Positions 21,848 to 33,560 of a stretch of 64,000 bases of DNA are shown piece by piece. The stretch spans positions 511,949 to 575,948 of the forward strand of contig OZ287698.1 in assembly GCA_965649825.1 (NCBI GenBank), written 5' to 3'. Both the position numbers and the translations under genes were made by a program. The notes below the pieces were generated by a model. The model was not told where the DNA came from. It saw nothing but the letters and a program-made list of their open reading frames with translations, and did not search any database. Position 1 is the stretch's first letter; each line of letters opens with the position of its first letter. Origin of the DNA: Penicillus capitatus (Eukaryota > Plantae > Chlorophyta).

Positions 21848-24800
21848 ATGCGACTTTTCCGCACCATGCATCCCTGTTTGAATGCACTGTTGCTCTGTGT
21901 GCTGCTTGGCTCAGCTCCATTGGCTGAGGGTCAAGCGGAATCTCCTGGAAGTCAACCGGAGCTTGACGACGCCTTCGACGACGATGGGTTGACGGCGGTC
22001 GACACGTTGAAACTTCCAAACTCGGAAAAATACGGTTTTCGCTTTTCCATATCGGCCGTAAGACGATCTCTCTTTGCGGTGTATGCACATCATGTTGCAC
22101 ACCTCAGGAGAACACAGTGATGCATATTGTGCGCGTTCCTGCAAGGGAGAATAAATTTCCAGATGTGTTATTGACATTGGACTTATTGTTACCTGCCTCG
22201 AATGTGGATATCTATTGCCGACCTGGTAGGATTAATCTGGCAGCTGCTGGCTATTTCCCTCCTAAGTTCGATTATGAATGGAAATCGGGTTCGTTCTGTG
22301 CATCTCGGCAAAATCTGCTGACCCATCGTGCACAGATCATCGGCACGGCAATGACTATGTGTTTATCTCGAAGCATCATCCAGAGTACAGAAGCTATACG
22401 GGATTGGCAGAAGACGGGACGTTGACGGCTTACATTACCTGCACGGTAAGGCATTCCTGTTTTGTTGACGACGGGAGACGAACTGTTGCACTCTTGTGTC
22501 GCATAGCTGGCCGAAGAAGCAGGGGTCTCTGCTCATGGCGTCATGGAGGTCAAGTTTTCTTATGAGACGCAAGACCTGGTACAGAGAGAGCGGGACGCTC
22601 TGGACAACATATTCGAAGAGTAAGACCAACCGTTGCCCAATTGCAGATGATGACTTGAGTGTGACATTTCAGGTGCTGTCAAGGAGAGGAGCATTGTAAA
22701 AGATGGAAGGAGCACATTGAACAGGACAACGCAGAAGCAACAAATTTTTGCCATTACCTAGGCAACTATTGCGATGACGGTATTCGCCTGTGAGCGCGTT
22801 TGATCTTGCATGTCGCCTCGCTTTTTTGAAGGCCATCTCGTTCAGCTAAACTTGAATGACCAGAACATGAGTTGTGCGTTTCCTGGTCAAGAACTGGCGA
22901 AATTTCAACGTTTGGAGAAACTCCAGTTAAAAGGCAATCAGCTAAAGGTCGGAACCCTTATGCAGATCTCTTCTCCTTGGGGATCTCATTGCGTCAGGGT
23001 CGATTGGATGACGTTTTGGAAGACGTACTCGGGCACAAGAACTTGCAGCAGCTTGAGATTTCGGGCGCATCTTTCACTGGAGATCTCGCTGAAGATGCAA
23101 CGGATCGCGATGCGCCTGTGTGCGAGATTGCACGACAGGGAGTCCTTGTTCAGCTCGATCTGGTGAACTGTGGCATTACTGGACCCCTTCCTCACTGTCT
23201 TCTGGATAGCGAGTCCAAACTCAGAGACGTCAATCTCCGTACCCATCGCATCTGACTCACCTTTCGATGACATTCCTGCCTTCCAGATGGCAATCGACTA
23301 AGTGGCGTGCTTCCAGATGTGACAATGGAGGAATCCAGGTTGCTCGATCTCGTCCTGGCCGAAAACGCGTTCACAGGTGCGCCATTGCTGTTCCTCTTTG
23401 ATCATAGGTCTTGGTCATTGAAGGCACAATTCCGGAGAGTTGGACGGCGTTTCCCAATCTGCAAGCTCTGGATATATCATCCAATCAGTTGAGTGGCGAA
23501 ATCCCGAAAGGCTTTAACAATTCGCGCCACCTGCAACTCATGAACCTGGCAAACAATCAGTTGACGGGCTCCATCCCAGACGATCTGGCGGCGGGCAGAC
23601 ACTTTAAGAGTCTGAATATCAGCCACAATCGATTGACAGGAGAGCTCCCCGATGGCTTCTTCTTCGGGGCGAAGCATCTGGAGTTGATCGATGCGCAGGG
23701 CAACCGTTTTTCTGGATCGATTCCGCCAAGTGTGGCCAATGCTACCAATCTCGTTTGGCTCGATCTCAGTCACAACACGTTTACTGGGTCGCCCCCTTCG
23801 GAGCTCGGCAATTTGGAGTTACTCTTTACGTTGTTTCTCAACGACAATGCTCTGAGTGGTCCCCTTCCTCCAAGTCTCGGCCGGCTGCCACATCTACATG
23901 TGATTTACTTTCAATCCAATGCCTTCAGCGGTACCATTCCGATCGAGTGGAGCACCATCACGGTTCTGCGCCATCTCCGTCTGGATGATAATCAATTGGA
24001 GGGCGAGATACCAGGATGGATGCTTAACTTCCACAATCCATACTATCCCGTATATTTCCGAGTGAATCTGACTTCCAACAAGTTCAGCAGATTTGATGAG
24101 GCATGGTATGATCGTCCGACAGAGCCCAGCGGCATTATGGAGTTTTTCGCTGCACGTAATCAGCTCGAGGTCAGCCAACATCGACACATATCTGCTCCAG
24201 TTGGGATCGTTACTGTAGGGAGAATTTCCTCCACAGTTGGCGAAGGAATTGTACCTTGTACGCCTAGATCTGTCTGAGAATAAGATGACGTAAGCATCAC
24301 TTATGTGATTCGCTGCCTGAAGGGATGGTTGTGGATTAGAGGAGAATTGCCATCGGGAAAAGATAGACTTCGAAATGTCCTGAGTCTTAATCTATCGGAA
24401 AATGCATTTACTGGAAGCATACCAGAGGACTGGGCAAAGACAGCCCTGGTTACTGCACCCAGACCTACGGTATCTTGAGCATTCTGCAGGTCGTTGTGAT
24501 TTCGTCCTCCTGTTATAGACGATGGATTTATCGAAGAACAAGCTTTCCGGGAAGATTCCGAAATTCTTACAGGTGTCCAAGAATTCAGATATCGACCGTC
24601 AATTCTTCTTGAAAGCAAGCGAATCCTTCAGCATCTCGCCGTCGCTCTATTCTCTGTCTGTTGTCTGCAGGGCAACAAATTTGATTACCAGTGTCCATTA
24701 CCTAGTGCATTTTTTCATGTTCAAGATTTGGAATGCGATGAAGTCGACGCAGACGTAAAGACTGAGGTATCTGCAAGCAATTCTGCCGCAGATATCAAAG

Positions 24801-25126
24801 AACAGAACCAAGAGAGCGCAACCGTGAGCAGTCTATCAGACGGATCGTCCAATCAAGATTCGTCACCGTCTGTTTCGTCTGAAACATCGAGCTCTTCTTC
24901 TTCCAATATTCTTGTTCCTGTATTGGCAGCAACTGTTGCCGCATGCTTTGCCGTCGTCGTTATGCTGGTGGCCATGAGGATCCGCAGGCGAAATGGGCCG
25001 AAAGATCTGGCGTTCGCCGAAAAAGACATTTCGTCGACTGAATGGCCAAGCAAACACAAATCTAAGGGGGAGATGACAGATAGTGCGCGCATGTACGCCG
25101 CAGACGACAGCAGTGTCCCAGTCTGA
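21848..25126 (+). CDS. LRR receptor-like protein (signal peptide, plant-type LRRs, single TM, short tail, no kinase)
   Basis: Signal peptide MRLFRTMHPCLNALLLCVLLGSAPLAEG; Cys-rich N-cap; many LxxLxLSxNxLSGxIP repeats (23411-24600); Ser-rich stalk; TM ILVPVLAATVAACFAVVVMLVAM followed by RIRRR. Confidence 0.85.
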
Positions 25127-25697
25127 TACCGTGGATTCATCACTTTATGACTATTACGGATAAATCGGTTCAGAATAAAGCAAAAGGATCACACTGACGA
25201 CAGTATGAATACTGCCATGAACAGCATTTATCTTACTATTACCATTGTTTAAGCAATTGAGGAATTTTCTCAAAAGAGCGATTTCAAGAAACGTTCACGC
25301 GAAGAATGCACGAGATCATTGTCTGGATGAGCATGACTGCCAGGTAAGGAGGAGAGCTCGCGGCCAAAAGCAGATCCATGTTCGTAGCCAATGTTGTATG
25401 TGCCACACATCGAACCTGTGATGGGGATCGAATGCAGCAGTTGAGTGAAAAGGTAGCGCAGATCGCTGCGACTGTAGCTGGACACAAATAACAATGGAAT
25501 CGATCAGGAACCCAGGCAGTCGATGCTGAGCAAGGCATAGGGGATCGATCGCGGACCGAAACGTCGTTGTGCATCGAGACCAAGTCAAACAACCATAAGC
25601 TCGCTTTACTGTCCCATATCTTCTACTGTACGATTTTGTGCGTTCGACGAAGAGTGAGAGCTCATTCTTTTTCGAAAAGACAGGTGTGTTGGGTGCA

Positions 25698-27730
25698 TCA
25701 ATGCTTGAAGTGACGGATGCCGGTGAAGACGAGAACCACTCCGTACTTGTTGCAGCAGTCCACGGCATCGGAGTCGCGAATGCTGCCTCCGGGCTGCACA
25801 ATTGCGGTCACTCCTGCTTGGCACGCTTTCTCCACGGCATCGCCCCAAGAGAAAGGAAAGAACGCCTCGCTTGCCAGCACAGCCCCCTGGTCACCATCGA
25901 CAACCAATGCCGAGTTCGTTTGGGGGAAGCGATCGCACTTTGGCTTCGTCTTTGGCCTTGTCCAATGAAAGCTCAACGCTTGTCACTCGGTTTGGCTGAC
26001 CGCTGCCCATTCCCAACAGCTTCCCGTTCTTGGCAATAGCGATGGCATTGCTCTTCACGTATTTCACACACGTCCATGCAAACTTCAGATCTTTCAGATG
26101 TTCTTCAGACGGCTGCGTGTGCGACGCGCAGGTGAATGCGATATCATCAGGCGACAGCGAATCCTGTTCCTGATAGAGAAATCCACCGCATACCTGACGC
26201 AGGTTGCCCAGAGGCGCGCTTTTCGGCTTTGTCGCCTCCAAAATCCGAAGATTCTTCGATTTGCTCTTCAGCACTTCCAATCCCTATCACACAATATCTC
26301 ACTCTGTACGGAAGATAGAGAAAGAATGACGTCAGAGGTGTAGCTGGGAGCGATCACGATTTCGTAGAACATCTTGCTCTTGCCATCTGTCGGATTGAGC
26401 CCGTCTTTGATGCTCTGAGCCACGGCAGCATCGACTTCTCTATTGAATGCCACAATTCCACCAAAGGCGCTCATGGGATCGCCTTCCAGAGCCAACTGGT
26501 ATGCCTCACTCAAATCAGCCCTCCTGTGTCCATCCATCTACCTCGTCCAGTTCTCCTCTCACACTTCCTTACGTGGCAGCTCCGCAGGGATTGGTATGCT
26601 TAACGATGACGCAGCTTGGCTCTTTCATGTCACAGACACAGGCGTAGGCCGCATCGGCATCCTGTCACATCATCTCGCTTGAACAGACGGCAGGTCTCGT
26701 CGGGCATGACCAAGTAGTTGTTGTAAGACATCTCTTTTCCGTGATGCTGCACAGCCGTTGCGATGCCTCCGACACCATCCTTCTCCAGCGACCGATCCAA
26801 ATAGAACGCCGCTTTCTGGTGCGGATTCTCTCCGTATCTCAGATCTTGTAGCTTCTTGAGTGGGAGGGTCATCTCCCCAGGCGGTTCGGGATTCCCAATC
26901 TGTCCCCAGAACCATTCGCTCACCTGAGCATCGTATACCGCACAGTGCTGAAAGGCCTTCCAGGCCAACGTCCTTCTGAACAGACGCAACGCATCCACCG
27001 TCGCATCCGATCTCAGCATCTCCAGCAGCGGTGTGTAATCTTCTGGATCCACGACGACAAAGACATGCTCATGATTCTTGGCGGCCGCACGGATCATGGC
27101 CGGCCCACCAATGTCGATATTCTCCAGGCCCACATCAAAGGACGGAGCAGGATCCGAGAGCACCGTCTGGCGAAATGGATAGAGATTCACAACGACGATG
27201 TCGATCTGCGGAATGCCGTAGCTTTGCGTCGTCTCCATATGCGAAGGGCTGCTTCGCTTGGCCAGGATGCCACCGTGGATACTCGGATGCAACGTCTTCA
27301 CCCGACCTGCATCACACTTCGGCATCCATCAAACGCTTCCGCAGAGAGATGTCGACCGTCGAGCATTTCGGGGAACTGAGTGAGATCCTCCACGCGGGTC
27401 ACATCAAGTTTGTATCCTTCGATCGCCGCGGCGCTGCCTCCTGTCGATGTCAAATCGTACCCCAACTCGGTCAGCCCCTGTCCAATCATAAGCCATTCGA
27501 TTGCCAAGAGAGATAGACGCGCTATGCCTGTGCCAGTTCTTCCAGTCTAGTCTTGTCGGATACCGAAATCAGCGCAAACTTGCGATTCTGGACATCGACT
27601 AACACAATACCCGTCAGCAGGGATGCGTCATCGAGTCTGTGTCCTTTTCACTCTTCTTTGATGCGCTCTCTGTCTTTGCACTCGTCGCCATGATACACGA
27701 CCTCTTGCCCTTCGTTCTCCTGTCAACCAT
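25698..27730 (-). CDS. purH: Bifunctional AICAR transformylase/IMP cyclohydrolase (PurH); exact start uncertain
   Basis: [91 protein letters not shown]. Obligate GC-AG intron at 27478-27527. Confidence 0.95.
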
Positions 27731-28845
27731 CCTCCCTCACGAAACTGGATCACGGAAACGACGGCCGACAGCTCGTGTCGGTTCACTGAAGGTCGACGCC
27801 AAGGGGTTCGACGTATGGAGTGTCGCGTTTTTTGAAGACGTATCGCGACAGGACAGCGCCAACAGGAACGCGTGGCGTGACCCAACATCGAACGATATCG
27901 CGATCTACGTTTCTGGGCACGTCACGTCGTTACCAGCCGCGGGCGAGCGTGCCATGCAACGTTGCGCCTGTATGCACATCCCTTGGCAACAACAAGCGCC
28001 GCCCTTCTTTCATCGACCATTATTGCGCCCTGTCCCTTCGCCTCGAACGCATACACTACGGCCAATCGTCTCCACTGTACGACGCGCTCCTTACAGCACA
28101 CCCATACGCATTGTATATCCCCGTAGATGTCGTCTGAGTTCCATCCTTTACAGAATCGTCGGCATGTCATCTCAGATCAGCACGCATGCCGCCCTCGTCG
28201 CCTGATGACTCTTCATTCTCAGAGCAAAAAAGACACGAAACGGTCGGGAGTTCTCGGCGGCTTGATGCTGCTTTTCCAGAAACGTTCTGCAACTCTCCCT
28301 TTTCGCTCTCTGTATCGTTTTCCTTAAATCATGAAACTACACTCAGTTCATTCTTTCAGCAGTTAACATTGTTAAAGCATTCAGAACTGTTTGTCAATAC
28401 ATCGATAGCAGCAATCAGTTGAGAGAGAATCAGGGTGCCATCGACATTCCTTAAAACCTTTTCTTATTCTGCTTCTCACACCTCTTGACCACTTTATCAG
28501 ATGTCGTCGCAGCTTCGCGATGTGACGTCCGTCAGTCCGTCGCCGAGCGCTTGGCGTCCTTTGTACGCTTTGCCCTTTTGTCGCTATCTGGCCGTAACCG
28601 TCACAGCGCGTCTTTGCGTTATACGCCGTCTCGGGCCCATGACGGAGCGACTCGCACCGACGCCCAGACCGACTAAACAAAGATCACGGACAGGAAAGTG
28701 TCACAATCAGACAGGCATAAAGGTCTTCTTAGCAACGCAGTTTACGTACAAGGTCGTCGAGTCTATTCGTGCCGTTACGATCGTATCGTCGCATGATTGA
28801 CTCAGTGAAGTCAATGCGGCACTGTAACACTTTGTCGCATACGAC

Positions 28846-29076
28846 ATGGGAACATTCTACGATGGGACACTTGAATTTCTACTAGCCAAAAAGGCCATCG
28901 TCGGTAATGGAATAGAAATGCAACCCTTCTGCGACAACCGACAGTACGAGATCGATTACTGTAACCTGTGCAGTCAACAAATTTGCGATCTGACCGAAGA
29001 CGAAAGCCAAGAAGTGTTCCTTATCCGCTGTAAGGGCAAGGAGGTCGGGAGTTTCGGCAGCTTCCGTCAACAATGA
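28846..29076 (+). CDS. Small ORF of unknown function (possibly the last exon of a small gene)
   Basis: 76-aa ATG ORF with natural-looking composition (MGTFYDGTLEFLLAKKAIVGNG...YCNLCSQQIC...); no family recognised. Confidence 0.3.
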   Translation: MGTFYDGTLEFLLAKKAIVGNGIEMQPFCDNRQYEIDYCNLCSQQICDLTEDESQEVFLIRCKGKEVGSFGSFRQQ

Positions 29077-29241
29077 CAAGCGGCACGTTTAACGTTAACA
29101 TTTACCGAACGAACACACTCGTGTGTCATCGCCGTGGTTTGCATCCAACGCAACATCGCTGTTCGTTTAGCGTTGCAGTACTCTCACGGATTGAATCCGT
29201 TGTGTGCGGACTTTATTCCTCACTCGGTTCGCTGCAGACCA

Positions 29242-31211
29242 ATGTCGGACGTCGCGCGTTATGATCGACAGTTGCGCATCTGGGGTCCGCATGGACAGCG
29301 ACGACTGGAGGATGCTCGGGTCTGTGTCCTGAATAGCGGGCCTTGTGGCAGCGAGGCGTTGAAGAATTTGGTATTGGGAGGCATCGGATCCTTTACATTG
29401 ATCGATGACGCCACCGTCACAGATGAAGACTTCGGGAAGAATTACCTCATTGATGCCGAAGGCTACGGAAAACCGTTGGCCCACGTCGTCTGTCGTCTGC
29501 TGGAGGAGCTCAATGAAAACGTGCACGGCACAGCGGTGACGGAATCGCCAGCCGAGATGATCTCCACACGTCCCGCCTTCTTCCAAGAGTTTTCTCTCGT
29601 CATTGCATCACAAGTGCGATAGATATCGAGACATCGATATGTATAACATGATCTCCCTTACAGCTCAGTGCCGAAGCATCGAAGTCACTGATCGAGATGT
29701 GCGATGAACACGGCATTCCGTTGATCCTGTTGCAATCCTACGGCCTCCTGGGGTCCATGAAGGTGGAATCTTGGCGTCTAGATGCGCTCCGACGATGAAG
29801 TGCACGAGGATAGGTGCACGTGAAGGAAGCGTGTGTCATTGAGTCGAAGCCAGACGATGAGGTTCCGGATCTCAGGTGTGGTCACCGCCGTCGAAATGTC
29901 CTTCCACAGAATAAGAGTGATCGATGATAGACTTGATCGTCCATGGCCTTCACTTGCCGCCTTTGTCAATACATTCGATTTCGACGCAATGGAAGACGTC
30001 GAGCACAGTCATGTTCCTTACGGTAGTCGCACACGTTCCAGAAGTCTTCATGTGCCGTTCTTTAGTGGTCATTCTGCTGAAAGCAGCTGAGAAATGGAGA
30101 GAGACGTCATCGGCGAAGATCCCGACGACAAACGAAGAGAAGAGAGCCTTCCGATCGACCATTCAGAATCTCAGACGGACAGAAAAGAAAGCCGACATCG
30201 AAGTCCGGAGTTCATCGTCGGCGCATTGCCGTACGAGGCCTGTTAACAGGAAGAGAACTTTGCCGAAGCTTCCAGATCGGCCTATCAGTTCTGGACACCC
30301 TATTCGATCGGTAAGGCGACCACATCCGATCCATCTCTCTTCACGTAGTCGATGGTCGCAGCTCAAAGCGTAAAAGAGATCTTAGGAGACGCGTGTACCG
30401 ATGTTCGTCGGGATTCGTCAAGTTTCTGGATCATCGCCGCCGCTCTGAAGAAATTTCTCGATTCGACTGGCGTCCTGCCTCTGAGTGGTGCCATTCCTGA
30501 CATGACGGCCACGACCGAGTGTGCCTCCCATCTCTCGCTTCTGTCTTATCGGCTTCTCTTTGAACAGGTCTTACTTGAATCTGCAAAACATTTACTCCGA
30601 CAAAGCGGCTGAAGATATCGATCAAGTCATGCAGTTCGCGAAAGAGATTCTGGAAAGGCTCGAAATGCCGCTAGACCACATCCAGCGAGAGACCGTCGCT
30701 CTCATGTGCAAGAACGCACGGAATCTGCGCCTTGTACGCTCTCGTCCTTCGTCTATAGCAGAAGATCCAAAACAGCTCCTCTCTCACTTAAGGAATCAAG
30801 ACACCTTTAGAAACGCTGGCTACACTTTGTTACTGGAGGCAGCCGATACCTTCCGTCGAACACATGCGCGTACTCCTGGCGATAGGGAAGGAGAGGAGTG
30901 GACAGAAGACGTTGTTCTCCTCATGAAAGCATGCCAAAGCATCACCGATCTCGGTTCGCTGGAACAGGAACTCCAATCCGAGCTGCAGTCCATGGCGCTC
31001 GAAGTTTGTCCTGCCTCTCCAGCAACGCACCATTCTCGTTGCGTGTGCTGCATAGATCTGTCGATTCAGGGGAGGCGAATTACACAACATCTCAGCCGTC
31101 ATGGGCGGCATTGCGTCCCAGGAGGCCATCAAACTTCTCACACAGCAGTTTGTCCCGTTCAAAGGAACTCTGCTTTACAATGCTATGGACTCCACCACGA
31201 CGAGGTTTTAA
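29242..31211 (+). CDS. NAE1: NEDD8-activating enzyme E1 regulatory subunit (AXR1/APPBP1)
   Basis: RYDRQLRIWG, GSEALKNLVLGGIGSFTLID, HSHVPY, FWIIAAALKKF, LPLSGAIPDMTATT, AVMGGIASQEAIKLLTQQFVP. Confidence 0.95.
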
Positions 31212-31225
31212 TAATACTTTAATTC

Positions 31226-31975
31226 CTATCCAAAGTAGAGACTGATCGTAAATTTTGCCGGATTAAATCGTGACAGGACAGCGAACGGCAAAGACAGTAA
31301 TAGCAATCCGATCGGATAGAGAAACACTTCAGTGCGCTCCAGAAATGGCAGAGAGGCATATCCCAAGAAATTCAGGTAGTGATAGTAACTGAAAGCCAAG
31401 ACATAGAGCGACGTTGCCAGCACAGAGGAAAAGAAGCTGCGTGTTAGCAAGAGGGGACTCATGATAAACTGAACCACGTGGAGCAGGAGAAAGAGAGGAA
31501 AGAATGCATTGCACTGCACATCGAAAGCATAGAGCCATTCAACGGATTGATCAGCCGTGTGTGGCGGCAAGGGCTGCTTCTTTAGCGTCCGATTGGCCAA
31601 TAGCCAGCAGGCCGTAGACAAGATTCCACTGAGGAGAAAGAAATCGACGAAGAGGACGTAGAGGATGGTGTGGACAGAACTCCAGAATCCATGGCCGAAG
31701 GTCAGACAGTAGGCACTGGAAGAGACCAGCAGGAAGAGGGAGAGCAGTACGACGTAGGCAGGGTCGTCCCGTGACCACTGGTTCTTGGTTTCTTTGTGAT
31801 AGGAGGTGTGCAAGTAGGCTCTCTTGGGTGCCAGACACAGCTGCAGCATCAACCAGAGGGCGAATTCGAAGTCCATTTGCCTCGGACGGATGAGTCGACC
31901 GAAGTACGTTCCCCAGCCATTGAGGAAATGGCCTCTGTGAAAAGAGGAGCGCCGTGAGTGACGTGTGGGAAGCAT
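31226..31975 (-). CDS. UNC50: UNC-50/GMH1 Golgi membrane protein, intronless
   Basis: MLPT...QMDFEFALWLMLQLC...YHKETKNQWSRDDPAY...VEWLYAFDVQCNAFFP...YLNFLGYASLPFLE. Confidence 0.95.
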   Translation of the reverse strand: MLPTRHSRRSSFHRGHFLNGWGTYFGRLIRPRQMDFEFALWLMLQLCLAPKRAYLHTSYHKETKNQWSRDDPAYVVLLSLFLLVSSSAYCLTFGHGFWSSVHTILYVLFVDFFLLSGILSTACWLLANRTLKKQPLPPHTADQSVEWLYAFDVQCNAFFPLFLLLHVVQFIMSPLLLTRSFFSSVLATSLYVLAFSYYHYLNFLGYASLPFLERTEVFLYPIGLLLLSLPFAVLSRFNPAKFTISLYFG

Positions 31976-32219
31976 TGACGCGGACGACTGTGAGCTCAGC
32001 GTGGTACGAGAGGGAACGTCACATCAATGGACGTATGCAGAACACGTGTTGATGTCTCACTTTTTCGGTTGACTAAGAATAGCGTCGATACAGCGGTAAT
32101 TCGAGGAAGCGTACGTATCCCATATTCAGAGTCTCCTTTGACAAGGCAGTAAAACAAAGAACAATGCGCGAATGGATCTGTGCATCTGTTATCCACTACC
32201 ACCGTTCTGTGATTAGGTG

Positions 32220-33421
32220 CCCACTGTGTCATCGTACTGCCGCCGCTTTGGACTTGGGTCCGACCTTCTGACAGAGGTCGCTGTTTAGAAGTCACGAGCA
32301 CTATGCACAATGCTAATGTCTTCCGGCCAAAGAACAAAGGACGTTGCATCTCCAAGCCTCCGATGACGTGTCTTGATGAAGCTCCCTCGTAACGCAACTC
32401 GGCGACTGCCAGCTAGTGCGACTCAGAAGGTGGACGATTGATCCCCTTACTGAGGAGGTCGAAGCTGAGATATCTGACAGCAACTTAATTCGCCTTGACC
32501 TCATCTCGTTCGCGCTGAGGAAATAAGGAAGAGACGAAAACAAGGTTTGTCTGCTCTTGTGGCGCCAAGTCTCTTCATCTCTGAATCCGTCTAAGATGCC
32601 AATGGCTAGCTTAGAATTCGCAGAGTTTCTGCTCTGTTTTAAGAGAGAACGTAAACGGCGCGAATGGATGACTTGAGGAGTGAAAATGCGATCAAAAGGT
32701 CTAGTCGTCTCCCATTTGGACTGAACGATCATCATCGATTAACGACGTCGACACGACACTCGGACACTCTTTCCAGACTGTTAAGTTCTGAGATATCGGG
32801 TTGCTATCTTTTTGATAGAAGTATCTCCGCCCTACTCAGCAGAAACCTTACGAAGACATTTCAGATAAGAGGACATCAGAAACATGAAGTCCAGACTCTG
32901 ATCTATCCTTTCTGACTGTATGGCGTACTTTAAAGTGGCTCTCGTTTAACATCGGATGTCATCTGGCGATATGTGATGTATTTCTCTTTCACATGAAAGC
33001 TAGCTTTGTTGAACTGATCGCCTGATAGAGGGAGTAGACACCCTTCGACACGATTTCTGTTAGAAGATGGAGTCGGGACGAATCTTACGTTGATGAGTTT
33101 CTGATGTACTTGCTCTTCGAAAAAACACACACGGATACACGCAGCACACGTCTCTCTACACAAAGAATAGAAGAAGCGACGCCACAACGCATGACGGTCG
33201 CGAACAGCCACAGTTAAGGATGGAGTTGGCATCGTTCTGTGGAGTTACGATGCAGGGGTCGTCTGACGACTGTCGCCGAATGCTGGTCGAAGAGCCTAAC
33301 TTTGCTGCTTGTTTCTTTAGGGGGCAGGCAGCTGACCGACGTCAGCATGGAAGAAGCTGATGTCGTGCTTCGAAACGTCTGCCTGTTTGTTGAGTACCTA
33401 GTCGCCACGTGTCCTTATTAG
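32220..33421 (+). pseudogene. Decayed gene upstream of channel A, shared by all duplication units (possibly BTB/BACK-like)
   Basis: Homologous to 52820-53990(-) and 63640-64000(-). One frame is conserved across copies (QPQLRMELASFCGVTMxGSSDDxRRxxxxEPxFAAC), with many stops and frameshifts. The BTB resemblance (YRVERLK in copy B) is weak. Confidence 0.35.
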
Positions 33422-33560
33422 TATTAAAATCGATGCCATGCGTGCATTAGTGCGTTGGGTTTCTTTCTCGCCTTCGTTCGTTAACGAACTACGCGCAAAC
33501 GTCATCGGCCTTCTGTGTCACTGAACTCGACAGCAAACGAGGATTTCCGCAGGGCGAAGA

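Noticed and set aside
25270-25620. Small minus-strand gene between the LRR gene and purH
   Set aside because: Three overlapping frames, none with a recognisable family or a convincing splice model; could be UTR.
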